Source of the DNA: Auanema rhodensis
Taxonomy: Eukaryota; Animalia; Nematoda
DNA: 64,000 bases
NCBI GenBank assembly: GCA_964057225.1
Contig: OZ059897.1
Span: forward strand, 3,844,001-3,908,000
Reading direction: 5' to 3'
The notes below the pieces were generated by a model. It searched no databases, was not told where the DNA came from, and saw nothing but the letters and a program-made list of their open reading frames with translations. How positions within the stretch are numbered: position 1 is the first letter of the stretch; each line of letters opens with the position of its first letter. The position numbers and the translations under genes were made by a program. Positions 25,501 through 39,600 of this stretch are shown in pieces.

Positions 25501-28500
25501 TTTTTCGGGAAAATTTTTGTCACAATGTTTTTGGAAGCAATGTTGAGTGTACATGGGAACTCAGCATACACTAATGCATTATTTTTCAAACGATCATAAC
25601 TAATTTTTGTATAGAGCGTTTCTCAATGTAGTATAGTGCTGTCGATGCGGATTTTTAAGCTGCGTTGATCTGTGTTATCAGATTTGAGTTAGCTTAAAAA
25701 TGCACCGAGATATCAACTGATATATGTTCACGCTTATATCCTCGATTTTCACACTGAAGAAATGATTTTTTCGTTGAATAACATTGTCCATCGTCTTCGT
25801 CTTGAAAAAAGGAATCTAAAAACATCTACTTTTTGTGAAATTATTTATAAATTTTTCGGGAAAATTTTTGTCACAATGTTTTTGGAAGCAATGTTGAGTG
25901 TACATGGGAACTCAGCATACACTAATGCATTATTTTTCAAACGATCATAACTAATTTTCGTATAGAGCGTTTCTCAATGTAGTATAGTGCTGTCGATGCG
26001 GATTTTTAAGCTGCGTTGATCTGTGTTATCAGATTTGAGTTAGCTTAAAAATGCACCGAGATATCAACTGATATATGTTCACACTTATATCCTCGATTTT
26101 CACCCTGAAGAAATGATTTTTTCGTTGAAAAACATCGTCCATCGTATTCGTCTTGAAAAAAGGAATCTAAAAACATCTACTTTTTGTGAAATTATTTAGA
26201 AATTTTTCGGGAAAATTTTTGTCAAAATGTTTTTGGAAGCAATGTTGAGTGTACATGGGAACTCAACATACACTAATGCATTATTTTTCAAACGATCATA
26301 ACTAATTTTTGTATTAAGCGTTTATCAATGTAGTATAGTGCATTCGATGCGGATTTTTAAGTTGCGTCGATCTGTGTTATCAGATTTGCGCTAGCTTGAA
26401 AATGCACCGAGATATCAACTGATATAGGTTCACACTTATATCCTCGATTTTCACCCTGAAGAATTAATTTTTTCGTTGAATAACATTGTCCATCGTCTTT
26501 GCCTTGAAAAAAGGAATCTAAAAACATCTACTTTTTGTGAAATTATTTAGAAATTTTTCGGGAAAATTTTTGTCACAATGTTTTTGGAAGCAATGTTGAG
26601 TGTACATGGGAACTCAGCATACACTAATGCATTATTTTTCAAACGATCATAACTAATTTTTGTATAGAGCGTTTCTCAATGTAGTATAGTGCTGTCGATG
26701 CGGATTTTTAAGCTGCGTTGATCTGTGTTATCAGATTTCAGTTAGCTTAAAAATGCACCGAGATATCAACTGATATATGTTCACGCTTATATCCTCGATT
26801 TTCACACTGAAGAAATGATTTTTTCGTTGAATAACATTGTCCATCGTCTTCGTCTTGAAAAAAGGAATCTAAAAACATCTACATTTTGTGAAATTATTTA
26901 TAAATTTTTCGGGAAAATTTTTGTCAAAATGTTTTTGGAAGCAATGTTGAGTGTACATGGGAACTCAACATACACTAATGCATTATTTTTCAAACGATCA
27001 TAACTAATTTTTGTATAGAGCGTTTCTCAATGTAGTATAGTGCTGTCGATGCGGATTTTTAAGCTGCGTTGATCTGTGTTATCAGATTTGAGTTAGCTTA
27101 AAAATGCACCGAGATATCAACTGATATATGTTCACGCATATATCCTCGATTTTCACACTGAAGAAATGATTTTTTCGTTGAATAACATTGTCCATCGTCT
27201 TTGTCTTGAAAAAAGGAATCTAAAAACATCTACTTTTTGTGAAATTATTTAGAAATTTTTCGGGAAAATTTTTGTCAAAATGTTTTTGGAAGCAATGTTG
27301 AGTGTACATGGGAACTCAACATACACTAATGCATTATTTTTCAAACGATCATAACTAATTTTTGTATTAAGCGTTTATCAATGTAGTATAGTGCTGTCGA
27401 TGCGGATTTTTAAGCTGCGTTGATCTGTGTTATCAGATTTGAGTTAGCTTAAAAATGCACCGAGATATCAACTGATATATGTTCACGCTTATATCCTCGA
27501 TTTTCACACTGAAGAAATGATTTTTTCGTTGAATAACATTGTCCATCGTCTTCGTCTTGAAAAAAGGAATCTAAAAACATCTACTTTTTGTGAAATTATT
27601 TATAAATTTTTCGGGAAAATTTTTGTCAAAATGTTTTTGGAAGCAATGTTGAGTGTACATGGGAACTCAACATACACTAATGCATTATTTTTCAAACGAT
27701 CATAACTAATTTTTGTATAGAGCGTTTCTCAATGTAGTATAGTGCATTCGATGCGGATTTTTAAGCTGCGTTGATCTGTGTTATCAGATTTGAGTTAACT
27801 TAAAAATGCACCGAGATATCAACTGATATATGTTCACGCTTATATCCTCGATTTTCACCCTGAAGAAATGATTTTTTCGTTGAATAACATTGTCCATCGT
27901 CTTCGTCTTGAAAAAAGGAATCTAAAAACATCTACTTTTTGTGAAATTATTTAGAAATTTTTCGGGAAAATTTTTGTCAAAATGTTTTTGGAAGCAATGT
28001 TGAGTGTACATGGGAACTCAACATACACTAATGCATTATTTTTCAAACGATCATAACTAATTTTTGTATTGAGCGTTTATCAATGTAGTATAGTGCATTC
28101 GATGCGGATTTTTAAGCTGCGTCGATCTGTGTTATCAGATTTGCGCTAGCTTGAAAATGCACCGAGATATCAACTGATATAGGTTCACACTTATATCCTC
28201 GATTTTCACCCTGAAGAATTAATTTTTTCATTGAATAACATTGTCCATCGTCTTTGCCTTGAAAAAAGGAATCTAAAAACATCTACTTTTTGTAAAATTA
28301 TTTAGAAATTTTTCGGGAAAATTTTTGTCAAAATGTTTTTGGAAGCAATGTTGAGTGTACATGGGAACTCAACATACACTAATGCATTATTTTTCAAACG
28401 ATCATAACTAATTTTTGTATAGAGCGTTTCTCAATGTAGTATAGTGCATTCGATGCGGATTTTTAAGCTGCGTTGATCTGTGTTATCAGATTTGAGTTAT

Positions 28501-31500
28501 CTTAAAAATGCACCGAGATATCAACTGATATATGTTCACGCTTATATCCTCGATTTTCACCCTGAAGAAATGATTTTTTCGTTGAATAACATTTACCATC
28601 GTCTTCGTCTTGAAAAAAGGAATCTAAAAACATCTACTTTTTGTGAAATTATTTATAAATTTTTCGGGAAAATTTTTGTCAAAATGTTTTTGGAAGCAAT
28701 GTTGAGTGTACATGGGAACTCAACATACACTAATGCATTATTTTTCAAACGATCATAACTAATTTTCGTATAGAGCGTTTCTTAATGTAGTATAGTGCTG
28801 TCGATGCGGATTTTTAAGCTGCGTTGATCTGTGTTATCAGATTTGAGTTAGCTTAAAAATGCACCGAGATATCAACTGATATATGTTCACGCATATATCC
28901 TCGATTTTCACACTGAAGAAATGATTTTTTCGTTGAATAACATTGTCCATCGTCTTTGTCTTGAAAAAAGGAATCTAAAAACATCTACTTTTTGTGAAAT
29001 TATTTAGAAATTTTTCGGGAAAATTTTTGTCAAAATGTTTTTGGAAGCAATGTTGAGTGTACATGGGAACTCAACATACACTAATGCATTATTTTTCAAA
29101 CGATCATAACTAATTTTCGTATAGAGCGTTTCTCAATGTAGTATAGTGCTGTCGATGCGGATTTTTAAGCTGCGTTGATCTGTGTTATCAGATTTGAGTT
29201 AGCTTAAAAATGCACCGAGATATCAACTGATATATGTTCACGCTTATATCCTCGATTTTCACCCTGAAGAAATGATTTTTTCGTTGAATAACATTTACCA
29301 TCGTCTTCGTCTTGAAAAAAGGAATCTAAAAACATCTACTTTTTGTGAAATTATTTAGAAATTTTTCGGGAAAATTTTTGTCAAAATGTTTTTGGAAGCA
29401 ATGTTGAGTGTACATGGGAACTCAACATACACTAATGCATTATTTTTCAAACGATCATAACTAATTTTTGTATTAAGCGTTTATCAATGTAGTATAGTGC
29501 ATTCGATGCGGATTTTTAAGCTGCGTCGATCTGTGTTATCAGATTTGCGCTAGCTTAAAAATGCACCGAGATATCAACTGATATAGGTTCACACTTATAT
29601 CCTTGATTTTCACCCTGAAGAATTAATTTTTTCGTTGAATAACATTGTCCATCGTCTTCGTCTTGAAAAAAGGAATCTAAAAACATCTACTTTTTGTGAA
29701 ATTATTTATAAATTTTTCGGGAAAATTTTTGTCACAATGTTTTTGGAAGCAATGTTGAGTGTACATGGGAACTCAGCATACACTAATGCATTATTTTTCA
29801 AACGATCATAACTAATTTTCGTATAGAGCGTTTCTCAATGTAGTATAGTGCTGTCGATGCGGATTTTTAAGCTGCGTTGATCTGTGTTATCAGATTTGAG
29901 TTAGCTTAAAAATGCACCGAGATATCAACTGATATATGTTCACACTTATATCCTCGATTTTCACCCTGAAGAAATGATTTTTTCGTTGAAAAACATTGTC
30001 CATCGTATTCGTCTTGAAAAAAGGAATCTAAAAACATCTACTTTTTGTGAAATTATTTAGAAATTTTTCGGGAAAATTTTTGTCAAAATGTTTTTGGAAG
30101 CAATGTTGAGTGTACATGGGAACTCAGCATACACTAATGCATTATTTTTCAAACGATCATAACTAATTTTCGTATAGAGCGTTTCTCAATGTAGTATAGT
30201 GCTGTCGATGCGGATTTTTAAGCTGCGTTGATCTGTGTTATCAGATTTGAGTTAGCTTAAAAATGCACCGAGATATCAACTGATATATGTTCACACTTAT
30301 ATCCTCGATTTTCACCCTGAAGAAATGATTTTTTCGTTGAAAAACATTGTCCATCGTATTCGTCTTGAAAAAAGGAATCTAAAAACATCTACTTTTTGTG
30401 AAATTATTTAGAAATTTTTCGGGAAAATTTTTGTCAAAATGTTTTTGGAAGCAATGTTGAGTTTACATGGGAACTCAACATACACTAATGCATTATTTTT
30501 CAAACGATCATAACTAATTTTTGTATTAAGCGTTTCTCAATGTAGTATAGTGCATTCGATGCGGATTTTTTAGCTGCGTTGATCTGTGTTATCAGATTTG
30601 AGTTAGCTTAAAAATGCACCGAGATATCAACTGATATATGTTCACGCTTATATCCTCGATTTTCACCCTGAAGAAATGATTTTTTCGTTGAATAACATTG
30701 TCCATCGTCTTCGTCTTGAAAAAAGGAATCTAAAAACATCTACTTTTTGTGAAATTATTTAGAAATTTTTCGGGAAAATTTTTGTCAAAATGTTTTTGGA
30801 AGCAATGTTGAGTTTACATGGGAACTCAACATACACTAATGCATTATTTTTCAAACGATCATAACTAATTTTTGTATTAAGCGTTTCTCAATGTAGTATA
30901 GTGCATTCGATGCGGATTTTTTAGCTGCGTTGATCTGTGTTATCAGATTTGAGTTAGCTTAAAAATGCACCGAGATATCAACTGATATATGTTCACACTT
31001 ATATCCTCGATTTTCACCCTGAAGAAATGATTTTTTCGTTGAATAACATTGTCCATCGTCTTCGTCTTGAAAAAAGGAATCTAAAAACATCTACTTTTTG
31101 TGAAATTATTTAGAAATTTTTCGGGAAAATTTTTGTCAAAATGTTTTTGGAAGCAATGTTGAGTGTACATGGGAACTCAACATACACTAATGCATTATTT
31201 TTCAAACGATCATAACTAATTTTTGTATTAAGCGTTTATCAATGTAGTATAGTGCATTCGATGCGGATTTTTAAGCTGCGTTGATCTGTGTTATCAGATT
31301 TGAGTTAGCTTAAAAATGCACCGAGATATCAACTGATATATGTTCACGCTTATATCCTCGATTTTCACCCTGAAGAAATGATTTTTTCGTTGAATAACAT
31401 TGTCCATCGTCTTCGTCTTGAAAAAAGGAATCTAAAAACATCTACTTTTTGTGAAATTATTTAGAAATTTTTCGGGAAAATTTTTGTCAAAATGTTTTTG

Positions 31501-33696
31501 GAAGCAATGTTGAGTGTACATGGGAACTCAACATACACTAATGCATTATTTTTCAAACGATCATAACTAATTTTTGTATTAAGCGTTTATCAATGTAGTA
31601 TAGTGCATTCGATGCGGATTTTTAAGCTGCGTCGATCTGTGTTATCAGATTTGCGCTAGCTTGAAAATGCACCGAGATATCAACTGATATAGGTTCACAC
31701 TTATATCCTCGATTTTCACCCTGAAGAATTAATTTTTTCGTTGAATAACATTGTCCATCGTCTTTGCCTTGAAAAAAGGAATCTAAAAACATCTACTTTT
31801 TGTGAAATTATTTAGAAATTTTTCGGGAAAATTTTTGTCAAAATGTTTTTGGAAGCAATGTTGAGTGTACATGGGAACTCAACATACACTAATGCATTAT
31901 TTTTCAAACGATCATAACTAATTTTTGTATAGAGCGTTTCTCAATGTAGTATAGTGCATTCGATGCGGATTTTTAAGCTGCGTTGATCTGTGTTATCAGA
32001 TTTGAGTTAGCTTAAAAATGCACCGAGATATCAACTGATATATGTTCACACTTATATCCTCGATTTTCACCCTGAAGAAATGATTTTTTCGTTGAATAAC
32101 ATTTACCATCGTCTTCGTCTTGAAAAAAGGAATCTAAAAACATCTACTTTTTGTGAAATTATTTAGAAATTTTTCGGGAAAATTTTTGTCAAAATGTTTT
32201 TGGAAGCAATGTTGAGTGTACATGGGAACTCAACATACACTAATGCATTATTTTTCAAACGATCATAACTAATTTTTGTATTAAGCGTTTATCAATGTAG
32301 TATAGTGCATTCGATGCGGATTTGTAAGCTGCGTCGATCTGTGTTATCAGATTTGCGCTAGCTTAAAAATGCACCGAGATATCAACTGATATAGGTTCAC
32401 ACTTATATCCTTGATTTTCACCCTGAAGAATTAATTTTTTCGTTGAATAACATTGTCCATCGTCTTTGCCTTGAAAAAAGGAATCTAAAAACATCTACTT
32501 TTTGTGAAATTATTTAGAAATTTTTCGGGAAAATTTTTGTCACAATGTTTTTGGAAGCAATGTTGAGTGTACATGGGAACTCAGCATACACTAATGCATT
32601 ATTTTTCAAACGATCATAACTAATTTTTGTATAGAGCGTTTCTCAATGTAGTATAGTGCTGTCGATGCGGATTTTTAAGCTGCGTTGATCTGTGTTATCA
32701 GATTTGAGTTAGCTTAAAAATGCACCGAGATATCAACTGATATATGTTCACGCTTATATCCTCGATTTTCACACTGAAGAAATGATTTTTTCGTTGAATA
32801 ACATTGTCCATCGTCTTCGTCTTGAAAAAAGGAATCTAAAAACATCTACTTTTTGTGAAATTATTTATAAATTTTTCGGGAAAATTTTTGTCACAATGTT
32901 TTTGGAAGCAATGTTGAGTGTACATGGGAACTCAGCATACACTAATGCATTATTTTTCAAACGATCATAACTAATTTTCGTATAGAGCGTTTCTCAATGT
33001 AGTATAGTGCTGTCGATGCGGATTTTTAAGCTGCGTTGATCTGTGTTATCAGATTTGAGTTAGCTTAAAAATGCACCGAGATATCAACTGATATATGTTC
33101 ACACTTATATCCTCGATTTTCACCCTGAAGAAATGATTTTTTCGTTGAAAAACATTGTCCATCGTATTCGTCTTGAAAAAAGGAATCTAAAAACATCTAC
33201 TTTTTGTGAAATTATTTAGAAATTTTTCGGGAAAATTTTTGTCAAAATGTTTTTGGAAGCAATGTTGAGTGTACATGGGAACTCAACATACACTAATGCA
33301 TTATTTTTCAAACGATCATAACTAATTTTTGTATTAAGCGTTTATCAATGTAGTATAGTGCATTCGATGCGGATTTTTAAGTTGCGTCGATCTGTGTTAT
33401 CAGATTTGCGCTAGCTTGAAAATGCACCGAGATATCAACTGATATAGGTTCACACTTATATCCTCGATTTTCACCCTGAAGAATTAATTTTTTCGTTGAA
33501 TAACATTGTCCATCGTCTTTGCCTTGAAAAAAGGAATCTAAAAACATCTACTTTTTGTGAAATTATTTATAAATTTTTCGGGAAAATTTTTGTCACAATG
33601 TTTTTGGAAGCAATGTTGAGTGTACATGGGAACTCAGCATACACTAATGCATTATTTTTCAAACGATCATAACTAATTTTTGTATAGAGCGTTTCT
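10531..33696. repeat. Satellite domain III (monomers 31-96), irregular mosaic of short block duplications
   Basis: GCTGTC, CACGCTT, CACACTG and TTTATAAA alleles first appear from monomers 31-33. Block copies occur at offsets of 3, 4, 6, 20 and 24 monomers. Confidence 0.75.
21763..25974. repeat. 6-mer higher-order duplication (2106 bp, 2 copies; monomers 63-74)
   Basis: ORF-bearing monomers lie at 23656 and 25762, GGATTTGTA at ~23192 and ~25298, and GAGTTTAC at 22039/22390 and 24145/24496. All offsets are 2106. Confidence 0.85.
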
Positions 33697-36600
33697 CAAT
33701 GTAGTATAGTGCTGTCGATGCGGATTTTTAAGCTGCGTTGATCTGTGTTATCAGATTTGAGTTAGCTTAAAAATGCACCGAGATATCAACTGATATATGT
33801 TCACACTTATATCCTCGATTTTCACCCTGAAGAAATGATTTTTTCGTTGAAAAACATTGTCCATCGTATTCGTCTTGAAAAAAGGAATCTAAAAACATCT
33901 ACTTTTTGTGAAATTATTTAGAAATTTTTCGGGAAAATTTTTGTCAAAATGTTTTTGGAAGCAATGTTGAGTGTACATGGGAACTCAACATACACTAATG
34001 CATTATTTTTCAAACGATCATAACTAATTTTTGTATTAAGCGTTTATCAATGTAGTATAGTGCATTCGATGCGGATTTTTAAGTTGCGTCGATCTGTGTT
34101 ATCAGATTTGCGCTAGCTTGAAAATGCACCGAGATATCAACTGATATAGGTTCACACTTATATCCTCGATTTTCACCCTGAAGAATTAATTTTTTCGTTG
34201 AATAACATTGTCCATCGTCTTTGCCTTGAAAAAAGGAATCTAAAAACATCTACTTTTTGTGAAATTATTTAGAAATTTTTCGGGAAAATTTTTGTCACAA
34301 TGTTTTTGGAAGCAATGTTGAGTGTACATGGGAACTCAGCATACACTAATGCATTATTTTTCAAACGATCATAACTAATTTTTGTATAGAGCGTTTCTCA
34401 ATGTAGTATAGTGCTGTCGATGCGGATTTTTAAGCTGCGTTGATCTGTGTTATCAGATTTCAGTTAGCTTAAAAATGCACCGAGATATCAACTGATATAT
34501 GTTCACGCTTATATCCTCGATTTTCACACTGAAGAAATGATTTTTTCGTTGAATAACATTGTCCATCGTCTTCGTCTTGAAAAAAGGAATCTAAAAACAT
34601 CTACTTTTTGTGAAATTATTTATAAATTTTTCGGGAAAATTTTTGTCAAAATGTTTTTGGAAGCAATGTTGAGTGTACATGGGAACTCAACATACACTAA
34701 TGCATTATTTTTCAAACGATCATAACTAATTTTTGTATAGAGCGTTTCTCAATGTAGTATAGTGCTGTCGATGCGGATTTTTAAGCTGCGTTGATCTGTG
34801 TTATCAGATTTGAGTTAGCTTAAAAATGCACCGAGATATCAACTGATATATGTTCACGCATATATCCTCGATTTTCACACTGAAGAAATGATTTTTTCGT
34901 TGAATAACATTGTCCATCGTCTTTGTCTTGAAAAAAGGAATCTAAAAACATCTACTTTTTGTGAAATTATTTAGAAATTTTTCGGGAAAATTTTTGTCAA
35001 AATGTTTTTGGAAGCAATGTTGAGTGTACATGGGAACTCAACATACACTAATGCATTATTTTTCAAACGATCATAACTAATTTTTGTATTAAGCGTTTAT
35101 CAATGTAGTATAGTGCTGTCGATGCGGATTTTTAAGCTGCGTTGATCTGTGTTATCAGATTTGAGTTAGCTTAAAAATGCACCGAGATATCAACTGATAT
35201 ATGTTCACGCTTATATCCTCGATTTTCACACTGAAGAAATGATTTTTTCGTTGAATAACATTGTCCATCGTCTTCGTCTTGAAAAAAGGAATCTAAAAAC
35301 ATCTACTTTTTGTGAAATTATTTATAAATTTTTCGGGAAAATTTTTGTCAAAATGTTTTTGGAAGCAATGTTGAGTGTACATGGGAACTCAACATACACT
35401 AATGCATTATTTTTCAAACGATCATAACTAATTTTTGTATAGAGCGTTTCTCAATGTAGTATAGTGCATTCGATGCGGATTTTTAAGCTGCGTTGATCTG
35501 TGTTATCAGATTTGAGTTAACTTAAAAATGCACCGAGATATCAACTGATATATGTTCACGCTTATATCCTCGATTTTCACCCTGAAGAAATGATTTTTTC
35601 GTTGAATAACATTGTCCATCGTCTTCGTCTTGAAAAAAGGAATCTAAAAACATCTACTTTTTGTGAAATTATTTAGAAATTTTTCGGGAAAATTTTTGTC
35701 ACAATGTTTTTGGAAGCAATGTTGAGTGTACATGGGAACTCAACATACACTAATGCATTATTTTTCAAACGATCATAACTAATTTTTGTATAGAGCGTTT
35801 CTCATTGTAGTATAGTGCATTTAATGCGGATTTTTAAGCTGCGTTGATCTGTGTTATCAGATTTGCGCTAGCTTAAAAATGCACCGAGTAATCAACTGAT
35901 ATAGGTTCACACTTATATCCTCGATTTTCACCCTGAAGAATTAATTTTTTCGTTGAATAACATTGTCCATCGTCTTTGCCTTGAAAAAAGAAATCTAAAA
36001 ACATCTACTTTTTGTGAAATTATTTAGAAATTTTTCGGGAAAATTTTTGTCACAATGTTTTTGGAAGCAATGTTGAGTGTACATGGGAACTCAGCATACA
36101 CTAATGCATTATTTTTCAAACGATCATAACTAATTTTCGTATAGAGCGTTTCTCAATGTAGTATAGTGCTGTCGATGCGGATTTTTAAGCTGCGTTGATC
36201 TGTGTTATCAGATTTGAGTTAGCTTAAAAATGCACCGAGATATCAACTGATATATGTTCACACTTATATCCTCGATTTTCACCCTGAAGAAATGATTTTT
36301 TCGTTGAAAAACATTGTCCATCGTATTCGTCTTGAAAAAAGGAATCTAAAAACATCTACTTTTTGTGAAATTATTTAGAAATTTTTCGGGAAAATTTTTG
36401 TCAAAATGTTTTTGGAAGCAATGTTGAGTGTACATGGGAACTCAACATACACTAATGCATTATTTTTCAAACGATCATAACTAATTTTTGTATTAAGCGT
36501 TTATCAATGTAGTATAGTGCATTCGATGCGGATTTTTAAGTTGCGTCGATCTGTGTTATCAGATTTGCGCTAGCTTGAAAATGCACCGAGATATCAACTG

Positions 36601-39600
36601 ATATAGGTTCACACTTATATCCTCGATTTTCACCCTGAAGAATTAATTTTTTCGTTGAATAACATTGTCCATCGTCTTTGCCTTGAAAAAAGGAATCTAA
36701 AAACATCTACTTTTTGTGAAATTATTTAGAAATTTTTCGGGAAAATTTTTGTCACAATGTTTTTGGAAGCAATGTTGAGTGTACATGGGAACTCAGCATA
36801 CACTAATGCATTATTTTTCAAACGATCATAACTAATTTTTGTATAGAGCGTTTCTCAATGTAGTATAGTGCTGTCGATGCGGATTTTTAAGCTGCGTTGA
36901 TCTGTGTTATCAGATTTCAGTTAGCTTAAAAATGCACCGAGATATCAACTGATATATGTTCACGCTTATATCCTCGATTTTCACACTGAAGAAATGATTT
37001 TTTCGTTGAATAACATTGTCCATCGTCTTCGTCTTGAAAAAAGGAATCTAAAAACATCTACTTTTTGTGAAATTATTTATAAATTTTTCGGGAAAATTTT
37101 TGTCAAAATGTTTTTGGAAGCAATGTTGAGTGTACATGGGAACTCAACATACACTAATGCATTATTTTTCAAACGATCATAACTAATTTTTGTATAGAGC
37201 GTTTCTCAATGTAGTATAGTGCTGTCGATGCGGATTTTTAAGCTGCGTTGATCTGTGTTATCAGATTTGAGTTAGCTTAAAAATGCACCGAGATATCAAC
37301 TGATATATGTTCACGCATATATCCTCGATTTTCACACTGAAGAAATGATTTTTTCGTTGAATAACATTGTCCATCGTCTTTGTCTTGAAAAAAGGAATCT
37401 AAAAACATCTACTTTTTGTGAAATTATTTAGAAATTTTTCGGGAAAATTTTTGTCAAAATGTTTTTGGAAGCAATGTTGAGTGTACATGGGAACTCAACA
37501 TACACTAATGCATTATTTTTCAAACGATCATAACTAATTTTTGTATTAAGCGTTTATCAATGTAGTATAGTGCTGTCGATGCGGATTTTTAAGCTGCGTT
37601 GATCTGTGTTATCAGATTTGAGTTAGCTTAAAAATGCACCGAGATATCAACTGATATATGTTCACGCTTATATCCTCGATTTTCACACTGAAGAAATGAT
37701 TTTTTCGTTGAATAACATTGTCCATCGTCTTCGTCTTGAAAAAAGGAATCTAAAAACATCTACTTTTTGTGAAATTATTTATAAATTTTTCGGGAAAATT
37801 TTTGTCAAAATGTTTTTGGAAGCAATGTTGAGTGTACATGGGAACTCAACATACACTAATGCATTATTTTTCAAACGATCATAACTAATTTTTGTATAGA
37901 GCGTTTCTCAATGTAGTATAGTGCATTCGATGCGGATTTTTAAGCTGCGTTGATCTGTGTTATCAGATTTGAGTTAACTTAAAAATGCACCGAGATATCA
38001 ACTGATATATGTTCACGCTTATATCCTCGATTTTCACCCTGAAGAAATGATTTTTTCGTTGAATAACATTGTCCATCGTCTTCGTCTTGAAAAAAGGAAT
38101 CTAAAAACATCTACTTTTTGTGAAATTATTTAGAAATTTTTCGGGAAAATTTTTGTCACAATGTTTTTGGAAGCAATGTTGAGTGTACATGGGAACTCAA
38201 CATACACTAATGCATTATTTTTCAAACGATCATAACTAATTTTTGTATAGAGCGTTTCTCATTGTAGTATAGTGCATTTAATGCGGATTTTTAAGCTGCG
38301 TTGATCTGTGTTATCAGATTTGCGCTAGCTTAAAAATGCACCGAGTAATCAACTGATATAGGTTCACACTTATATCCTCGATTTTCACCCTGAAGAATTA
38401 ATTTTTTCGTTGAATAACATTGTCCATCGTCTTTGCCTTGAAAAAAGAAATCTAAAAACATCTACTTTTTGTGAAATTATTTAGAAATTTTTCGGGAAAA
38501 TTTTTGTCACAATGTTTTTGGAAGCAATGTTGAGTGTACATGGGAACTCAGCATACACTAATGCATTATTTTTCAAACGATCATAACTAATTTTCGTATA
38601 GAGCGTTTCTCAATGTAGTATAGTGCTGTCGATGCGGATTTTTAAGCTGCGTTGATCTGTGTTATCAGATTTGAGTTAGCTTAAAAATGCACCGAGATAT
38701 CAACTGATATATGTTCACACTTATATCCTCGATTTTCACCCTGAAGAAATGATTTTTTCGTTGAAAAACATTGTCCATCGTATTCGTCTTGAAAAAAGGA
38801 ATCTAAAAACATCTACTTTTTGTGAAATTATTTAGAAATTTTTCGGGAAAATTTTTGTCAAAATGTTTTTGGAAGCAATGTTGAGTGTACATGGGAACTC
38901 AACATACACTAATGCATTATTTTTCAAACGATCATAACTAATTTTTGTATTAAGCGTTTATCAATGTAGTATAGTGCATTCGATGCGGATTTTTAAGTTG
39001 CGTCGATCTGTGTTATCAGATTTGCGCTAGCTTGAAAATGCACCGAGATATCAACTGATATAGGTTCACACTTATATCCTCGATTTTCACCCTGAAGAAT
39101 TAATTTTTTCGTTGAATAACATTGTCCATCGTCTTTGCCTTGAAAAAAGGAATCTAAAAACATCTACTTTTTGTGAAATTATTTAGAAATTTTTCGGGAA
39201 AATTTTTGTCACAATGTTTTTGGAAGCAATGTTGAGTGTACATGGGAACTCAGCATACACTAATGCATTATTTTTCAAACGATCATAACTAATTTTTGTA
39301 TAGAGCGTTTCTCAATGTAGTATAGTGCTGTCGATGCGGATTTTTAAGCTGCGTTGATCTGTGTTATCAGATTTCAGTTAGCTTAAAAATGCACCGAGAT
39401 ATCAACTGATATATGTTCACGCTTATATCCTCGATTTTCACACTGAAGAAATGATTTTTTCGTTGAATAACATTGTCCATCGTCTTCGTCTTGAAAAAAG
39501 GAATCTAAAAACATCTACTTTTTGTGAAATTATTTATAAATTTTTCGGGAAAATTTTTGTCAAAATGTTTTTGGAAGCAATGTTGAGTGTACATGGGAAC

